Below are positions 52,682 through 64,000 of a stretch of 64,000 nt of DNA, one piece after another. The notes beneath the pieces were generated by a model that ran no database searches, had not been told where the DNA came from, and saw nothing but the letters and a program-made list of their open reading frames with translations. Both the position numbers and the translations under genes were made by a program. Every line of letters begins with the position of its first letter. Position 1 is the stretch's first letter. Source of the DNA: the human T2T-CHM13v2.0 reference genome, Homo sapiens; assembly GCF_009914755.1 (NCBI RefSeq), contig NC_060947.1; one strand, given 5' to 3'.

Positions 52682-52996
52682 TCATTGGGGCTTGTCAGAC
52701 AGTGGGTGCAGCCCACAGAGCAGGGCAGGGCGTTGCCTCACCTGGGAAGCACAAGGGGTTGGGGAATTCCCTTTCCTAGAAAAGGGAAGCCGTGACAGAC
52801 AGCAACTGGAAAATCGGGACACTCCCACCCTAATACTGTGCTTTTCCAATGGCCTTAGCAAACGGCACACCAGGAGATTATATCCTGCGCATGGCTCGGA
52901 GGGTCCCACACCCACAGAGCCTGGCTCACTGCTAGCACAGCAATCTGAGATCGAACTGCAAGGTGGCAGCGAGGTGGAGGGAGGGGCGTCCGCCAT
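52682..52996 (-). CDS. ORF0: L1 antisense ORF0 homologue, open for 104 aa (expression unknown)
   Basis: MADAPPSTSLPPCSSISDCCASSEPGSVGVGPSEP..EKHSIRVGVSRFS aligns to L1HS ORF0 (MAGAPPPASLPPCSLISDCCAS..). Start context is gcaATGg. Confidence 0.6.
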   Translation of the reverse strand: MADAPPSTSLPPCSSISDCCASSEPGSVGVGPSEPCAGYNLLVCRLLRPLEKHSIRVGVSRFSSCCLSRLPFSRKGNSPTPCASQVRQRPALLCGLHPLSDKPQ

Positions 52997-53571
52997 TGCT
53001 GAGGCTTGAGAAGGTGAACAAAGCTGCCAGGAAGCTCAAACTGGGTGGAGCCCACTGCAGCTCAAGGAGGCCTGCCTGCCTCTGTAGACTCCACCTCTGG
53101 GGTCAGGGCATAGCTGAACAAAAGGCAGCAGAAACTTCTGCAGACTTAAATGTCCCTGTCTGACAGCTTTGAAGAGAGTAGTGCTTCTCCCAGCATGGAG
53201 TTTGAGATCTGAGAACAGACAGACTGCCTCCTCAAGTGGGTCCCTGACCCCCAAGTAGCCTAACTGGGAGACACATCCCAGTAAGGGCCAACTGACACCT
53301 CATACAGCTGGGTGCCCCTCTGAGATGAAGCTTCCAGAGGAAGGATCAGATAGCAAAATTTGCTGTTCTGCAACATTTGCTGTTCTGCAGCCTCTGCTGG
53401 TGATACCCAGGCAAACAGGGCCTGGAGTGGACCTCCAGCAAACTCCAGCAGACCTGCAGCTGAGAGTCATGACTGTTAGAAGGAAAACTAACAAAGAGAA
53501 AGGACATTCACACCAAAACCCCATCTGTACATCACCATCATCAAAGACCAAAGGTAGATAAAACCACAAAG

Positions 53572-54598
53572 ATGGGGAGAAACCAGAGCAGAAAAGCTGA
53601 AAATTCTAAAAACCAGCACACGTCTTCTCCTCCAAAGGAACGCAGGTCCTTGCCAGCAATGGAACAAAGCTGGACAGAGAATGACTTTGACGAGTTGAGA
53701 GAAGAAGGCTTCAGGTGATCAGTAATAACAAACTTCTCCGAGCTAAAGGAGGATGTTTGAACCCATCACAAAGAAGCTAAAAACCTTGCAAAAAGATGAG
53801 ATGAATGGCTAACTAGAATAAACAGTGTAGAGAAGTCCTTAAATGACCTGACTGAGCTGAAAACCATGGCATGAGAACTACGTGATGCACGCACAAGCTT
53901 CAGTAGCCAATTTGATCAAGTGGAAGAAAGGGTATCAGTGATTGAAGATCAAATGAGTGAAATGAAGCGAAAAGAGAACTTTAGAGAAAAAAGAGTAAAA
54001 AGAAATGAACAAAGCCTCCAAGAATTATGGCACTATGTGAAAAGACCAAATCTACGTCGGATTGGTGTGCCTGAAAGTGACGGGGAGAATGGAACCAAGT
54101 TGGAAAACACTCTTCAGGATATTATCCAGGAGAACCTCCCCAACCTAGTGAGGCAGGCCAACATTCAAATTCAGGAAATACAGAGAATGCCACAAAGATA
54201 CTCCTTGAGAAGAGCAATTCCAAGACACATAATTGTCAGATTCACCATGGTCGAAATGAAGGAAAAAAATGTTAAGGGCAGCCAGAGAGAAAGGTCGGGT
54301 TACCCACAAAGGGAAGCCCATCAGACTAACAGCTGATCTGTCGGCAGAAACTCTACAAGCCAGAAGGGAGTGAGGGCCAATATTCAACATTCTTGAAGAA
54401 AAGAATTTTCAACCCAGAATTTCATATCCAGCCAAACTAAGCTTCATAAGTGAAGGAGAAATAAAATCCTTTACAGACAAGCAAATGCTGAGAGATTTTG
54501 TCACCACCAGGCCTGCCTTACAAGAGCTCCTGAAGGAAGCACTAAACATGGAGAGGAACAACAGGTACCAGCCACAGCAAAAACATGCCAAATTGTAA
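53572..54598 (+). pseudogene. L1 ORF1, disrupted
   Basis: ATGGGGAGAAACCAG start; RNEQSLQELWHYVKRPNLR motif; in-frame TGA stops and a +1 frameshift in the A-run near 54263-54269. Confidence 0.93.
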
Positions 54599-54661
54599 AG
54601 ACCATCAGTGCTAGGAAGAAACTGCATCAACTAACGAGCAAAATAACCAGCTAATATCATT

Positions 54662-58474
<3,813 letters not shown>

Positions 58475-59727
58475 ACAATGAGAACACTTGGACACAGGGT
58501 GGGGAACATCACACACCGGGGCCTGTTGTGGGGTTGGGGGAGGGAGGAGGGATAGCATTAGGAGATATACCTTATGTAAATAATGAGTTAATGGGTGCAG
58601 CACACCAACCTGGCACGTGTATACATATGTAACAAACCTGCACGTTGTGCACATGTACCCTAGAACTTAAAGTATAATAAAAATAATAAAAAAACAGTAG
58701 GTTATTAATCACTGTTGTTTGTTATGTACCAGGCACTTAACTACACACCTTAACTACAGAAACTAAATTAAATTGTGCCCTTTAAATGCATTGATAAAGG
58801 AATATTATTACCTGCTCTCATTAAAAAAAAGAACCAATTCATAAGAAAACAAGTCCAGAAGTGTGGTGCTTAAATTTCAGTAGGAGACCTTCATTCCTCC
58901 TTCCTCTCAGCCATCTCCCTATTTTATCCGTCCCTAGGATCTTCGGCCCCTCCAAACCCTGTCTTTATTGGTTCCCACCACGACATTTCTTTTTCATTAT
59001 TCATATGTTTGAGTATCAGAATAAATATTCTGATACTCAAATATTTGAATTTTGAGATCATTACAGGTATTAGTTTTTCATATGAAAAAGCAAGGGGCAG
59101 TTGATGTGCTGATGGCAACACAAGAATCCTAGTTAGAACAGACCTCGGTCTGGCCATGAAGTTCCATTGTGAATTCTCTGGACTTGATCAGTTCTTTAGC
59201 ACTTTTCAAGCAACCTAATTAGTATCTCAGCTATTCTTAGCTCCAGAACAGGGTCCAAAGTTCCCATGATGACAGTCATGTGGCAAAATTTCCAAGTGTG
59301 ACACAAAAACATTACTCCTTTTCAAACTCAGAAAGTGTAAGAAGCACAGATTACAAGCAGAAAGAGTATGTATCCAAAGCCCAGTTTCCTTTTAAACCTC
59401 TCTTGTCTTCTTTTTAATTCCACTGGGACTTTTATTGATCCTGTTCTTTCTTGCATTTGCTGCTTTGTCATTGCCGTGATTGAAGTCAGACATCTTTTGA
59501 ACTTCTTCCTAAATGTTGTAGGTGCGACAGCATGGCACTTTGTTCTCAAGCTTTTCTACCATAGTGGTAAGTACAGTTAGTTGAGCCGGGGCAGTGCAAC
59601 ATGGCTGAAAGTCCAAGTGAACAGGGGGTCAGGAGGGCTCTCTTCAATTTTCTCTGTCACCAGCATGCTTTGTGTCCTGGGGCAACCTATGTAACTTCTC
59701 AGGGTCTCCAAGTCCTGAGGTGGGTAG

Positions 59728-60111
59728 TGTTAAAAGAAAAACTTTAGCTGAATTAAATTTAAGAGTTTAATGGAGCAAAGGATGATTCTCAAATCAGGTA
59801 GCCTCCTGAAGCTCAGAGACTCCAGTGCAGCCACATGGTAAGATTTATGGACAGAAAAAGGAAAGTGACATACAGAAAACGGAAATGACGTACAGAAACA
59901 GCTGAATTGGTCACAGCTCAGTTTTGTCTTATTTGAACATGGTTTGAACAGTTGGTCACCTTTGATTGGCCAAAACTTAGTGGTTGGTGCAAGAGTAGAC
60001 TACAGTCTCTTTACAACTCCATTTAGGTGATAGTTCATGATATACAGAGAAACCTTTAGGTCGAGCTTAAAATATGTAAGGAGGCAGCTTTAGGCTAAAC
60101 TTGATTTAACA
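59728..60111 (-). mobile_element. MER57 (B-like) ERV1 solo LTR
   Basis: The minus strand starts TGTTAAATCAAGTTTAGCCTAAAGCTGCCTCCTTACATATTTTAAG. Perfect 4-bp TSD GTAG at 59724-59727 and 60112-60115. Confidence 0.9.
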
Positions 60112-60229
60112 GTAGTGAGGGGCTGGGCTTTGTGCAGATAAACCACTAGGGTTTACTAAGCACCCTATTGGACACCTCTTAAGTACCACATCAAGGCTTC
60201 TAGTTGCCAACTCTTCCTCCAGCCACTGC

Positions 60230-60701
60230 TGTGGTGACAGTTTCTATGTTGGCTTTAACCAGTTTCCCTTGGGTGCAGTCTGACAGTGTCTTGCCCCTGG
60301 TTGTACCAAGGACCTCTTGATTCCTACCTTGAGGCTTTTCTGACAGGGCAAAGGAAACCCATCCCTCAACTCTCCTGGATTGGCAACCCAGATGTACAGG
60401 GAGTTGACTTTCATGGGGCCACCCAAGATGGATGGGCCACAGGAGCCTCTTTTCCCTCAGAACAGGGGAGTTCTGAGACAGATTTGATAAGCTCCTCAGA
60501 ACACTCCCTGGGATGAACCTCAGTTGTCCATAGGAGAAGCCAAGTTGGTAATGCCCTTGTCTGGGCTTTACAGCTGTGTTTTACTCTCCTCGCCACCACT
60601 CCCCGAACCACACTGCCACTCCCTGAGACCACCTCCCATACAAACTTCCTCTAAGGAAGCCTTGCTTCAAGATCTGCTGTGGGCAGACACAGGCTAAGAC
60701 A
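60230..60701 (+). mobile_element. Ancient ERVL-type LTR (LTR16/33-like, uncertain)
   Basis: 3' end ..GCTTCAAGATCTGCTGTGGGCAGACACAGGCTAAGACA resembles ERVL LTR ends. Confidence 0.45.
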
Positions 60702-63179
60702 AGCACCTACTCCATATCAGACATCTTCATCCTTTCCCGCTTTAAATGTTGATGGGTGTGCAATTGCTTGCTGGCAGAGTTCAATTCTGCCCAGTGGTCC
60801 TTGTAATAAGAACAGACTGGGAAGAAGCTGAGTGGCCAGGATAACTGAAAATTACTTCCAGCTTTTTGCCTGACTTCAAGAGGCCACCGGGTATAAGACT
60901 CTGGTATAGTCCCAGGGTATATTTGGCTATATCACACAGCAACCTAATATAAGTGGAAAGGAGGTATAACAGAGAGTAATTTAAACAGAAATAGGCTAAT
61001 GAGAAAGACCCCAAAACTGTTCTTCTCTCTTTCCACCCCCTGATGTTAAGGAAAACCATAGGGGAAGGAAATTTTCGCCTCCATTTCTGCTCAATACAGA
61101 AGTTTTAAAGTTCAGGAGAAAAATGTCTGAGAAGCACATTTTTGCATGTTGCCCAAAATGAGGGAAGTGTGCCATTTCTCCCTTTAGAACACAGCCAAGG
61201 GACATTAATAATGGTTAGGGGGAAAAAGAGTATTCTTTGTCAATTAGGTTTGGAAAATAAGTTAAGTAATCTTTTATAAAATAAATGGCAAATTTTCTCT
61301 GAGCCTTGAAAATAGTAACATATATTGTGATTCTTTGAGAGGGAGGCTGAGAAAACAGCATTTACCTAATTTATTTTTTGACCTAACCATTTTTCCACAG
61401 GCCATTTTGCAGAAAAAGAAGGTGTGAAACAGGAATTTTTCTAATTATATCAGAGAAACGAAAAGAAGGCTGTCTTTTTTGCTTGATTTTAACAATATCT
61501 TAATTGGAGGATGTAATAGGTAAACACTCAAGGCTGCTTCTCTCACTATGATCCTGATACAGTACTTGTGGCATAAGATATACAAATGACCAAATCTTTT
61601 TATGGTGAATTAGGGTATATATGGCATTGCTCCATCTCACCCACACCTCTCAAGCTACACAACCATCCAGGAGGTAGGTGTAACAGGAACCTTTACTCTT
61701 TGATAGAGAAAACAGTTCAGTGTTCACCTATATTTAAGTGATGGGGGAGGCAGAGCCAGGAAATCAGATCTATGTCTTCCAGCTCCCGATCCAGCATTGT
61801 TACCACCACCACATCTATATTTTGACATTTTTATTAGTTTATTTATTTAGCATCCCATTCTATAGAAGGGGAATTGCTTTTTATTTCTAGTTGTGATTTG
61901 ATCTTTCCCCAATACTACTCCCACAAAATGAAACATATGAGGTTGAGAAGGGTCAACATCACTGCTGGAAAACTATTAAGAGTATTGTGTGCCTTTCAAC
62001 TCTAACTTCAAATGGAGAATTAGACTCTAGAAGGGTTAATATTAAAGAGTGCTAAAAATTAAAAATAAAAAACCCTGAAAAAATAACATGATATTTTGAA
62101 AATGGAAGAATAAAGGGCATATTCTGCTCACAGTGCCACAAATAAGTAAGTTATCTATTTGGGGGTTAGTAGTGGGTTGAGATGTACCTGATTCCACGTG
62201 TCCCTAGCATGTAGTGAGCCAACTCAGAACAATACCAGCCCTTTGTGTGGGAAAGCATGGAAAATGCAGTCATCGCCATTCAAGTGTGGTTTAGGGTGAA
62301 ATCTCTGAGCGTCAGAATCATCATATACGTAGGTAAAAGAAGAGCAGAACTACCACAAATTACCCAGAATAAGAATTTTTCATTTCTCATTTTAGGCATT
62401 TCCTCCAGGTATCAAAATTAAATTTTGCTTTCATCTTATACACATCACTGTATGACTACCATCTTTATGAAAAAGGAATACACAAAATTCCTCAATAATC
62501 TCCAGCCACAGGCTCCAACTGTTCCAGTTCTGACTTTTTAAAACCATCACCTCTGGCAGAAAAATATGAGATTCCACTGCCATAAATCCAGTTTTCACAG
62601 ATTTCATATATGTACACATGAACACCAACAGTAAGAAAGATTTCCACGAAGCTTTCCTCTATCTGTATATTTTAGTATGTATTTTCGTAGCTATGGTGTT
62701 GTTACAATGCCCCAGTGACTGTGAACTTGGATAAGTCTTGCTGAGGATGGCAGAGTGGAAAACAGAGACACACCAGGATTCTTGATGACATCATTATGCC
62801 AAAGAAGTAGTCAACTGTGGAACTGTGTTTGAATTTGTGTGTCTCTCTCTGTGTGCGTGTGTGTGTGTTTTAAGGAAATCTGTGTTTTTAAAGCCACTAT
62901 AATCAACTAACTAAAACATGCAATCCAAAACTCTGCATTATGATACTTTGAAATATTTTTTAACGCATTCACAGGCCAAACAATATTGTGAGAAAGCAAA
63001 TTTATTTCAGACCAATAAAAGAAGAAGATGAGTGATGCCAGGAGAGAAAAACTCCTTAACATATGTGATCTTCCTTTTCTTCATTTGCTAAATAGAATCT
63101 AAGATATATCTACCTCATTGAGATCGTAAGTCCATAGTAAGGATTCATTATTTGACTATTTTATTTTGCATTAGAAAGT

Positions 63180-63385
63180 GTGGCAGAGACAATGTTATAT
63201 GTCCAGTAACTCCTGTTACATTTTGTTTTTCTTCCTGGGCACACGGGAAGACCATTATTTCCCAGCTTCCCGTGTTGTTAGGCTGTGATCATGTGACTGA
63301 GATCTGAGCTGTGGGAAAAAGTGATGAAAGCCACATGTGGCCTGGTTTTTATTACTGTTGCACATGATCCTCTGCCTTCTTTCCT
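63180..63385 (+). mobile_element. MLT1 LTR 5' fragment
   Basis: TGTGGCAGAGAC...ATTTCCCAGCTTCCC...GATCATGTGACTGAG. Confidence 0.7.
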
Positions 63386-64000
63386 GGTGTCATGTTACTA
63401 TTACGTTTGAATATGAAGGTCTAACCACTACAAGCAGGAGATCAAGCCTTCATATTGGCCACTATATAGACATTGAGTAGTTTTATTTTATTAAAATATT
63501 GAAGATTTCCTTAAGTTCACAACTTTGTTCATGCTTTTTCACACATGCTTCTTGCTTTCCCTTTAAAAAGGAAATATAAATTAATAATTAGGAAAGCTAG
63601 CTCAAAACCTATATTAAAATAAGTATGGGGAAATGGCTTTAAAATATCAGATAAAGTTTACAAAAATCTATAGGCAAATTTTCTCCATAGAAGCAAAGCA
63701 GCTACTCCTAGCAGTACAAATGAGGCCCCTCTAAGTAGGTGCATGTAAGTGGGTATTATACATGCCTAAACATCTACTAAAGAGAAAGCCCATTAAGAAA
63801 ATGATGTCTGGAGGCACCTACATCTTTTTCCCCTTTTTCAAGTACAGCCTAGACATCTTATCTTCTGCAGCTTTTAACACAATCTCTGCATTTCCATTCC
63901 ATCTGGCGGGGCTGGTTGAAGGGAAGATGTGAGAATATGCTGAAGGAGAAATCTACCTCTCCTTCTAGTTGGATCACATTACAACATGTGAGCAAGCAAA

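Noticed and set aside
59331-59572. Plus-strand exon candidate ending GTG|GTAAGT
   Set aside because: Isolated splice-like motifs with no recognisable protein or partner exons. Such motifs occur often by chance (also near 15722, 19362 and 30070).

Overview
This is primate (human-like) nuclear genomic DNA, not prokaryotic. It is AT-rich and dominated by interspersed repeats, and I recognise no host protein-coding exon. Main features: (1) the 5' part of a minus-strand Harlequin/HERV-E-type recombinant provirus at 1-4863, with LTR2B, a tRNA-Glu PBS and decayed HERV-I-type env, HERV-E pol and HERV-E env pieces; (2) a CpG island at about 34.5-35.25 kb with a strong minus-strand splice donor, probably the promoter and first exon of an unidentified, likely non-coding transcript; (3) a full-length but dead L1PA5-like LINE-1 at 52599-58692 whose antisense ORF0 is open; (4) many Alu/FLAM/FAM, MIR, L2, old L1, MaLR/ERV solo LTR and hAT MITE copies. 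The most unusual details are a 39-nt tailless 5S rRNA retrocopy with a target-site duplication (TSD), the extended ORF0 running into an in-frame splice donor, and a possible younger-L1 gene-conversion patch. I found no convincing novel biological system. Repeat subfamily names come from recalled consensus sequences, not from a search, and boundaries of old repeats are approximate.
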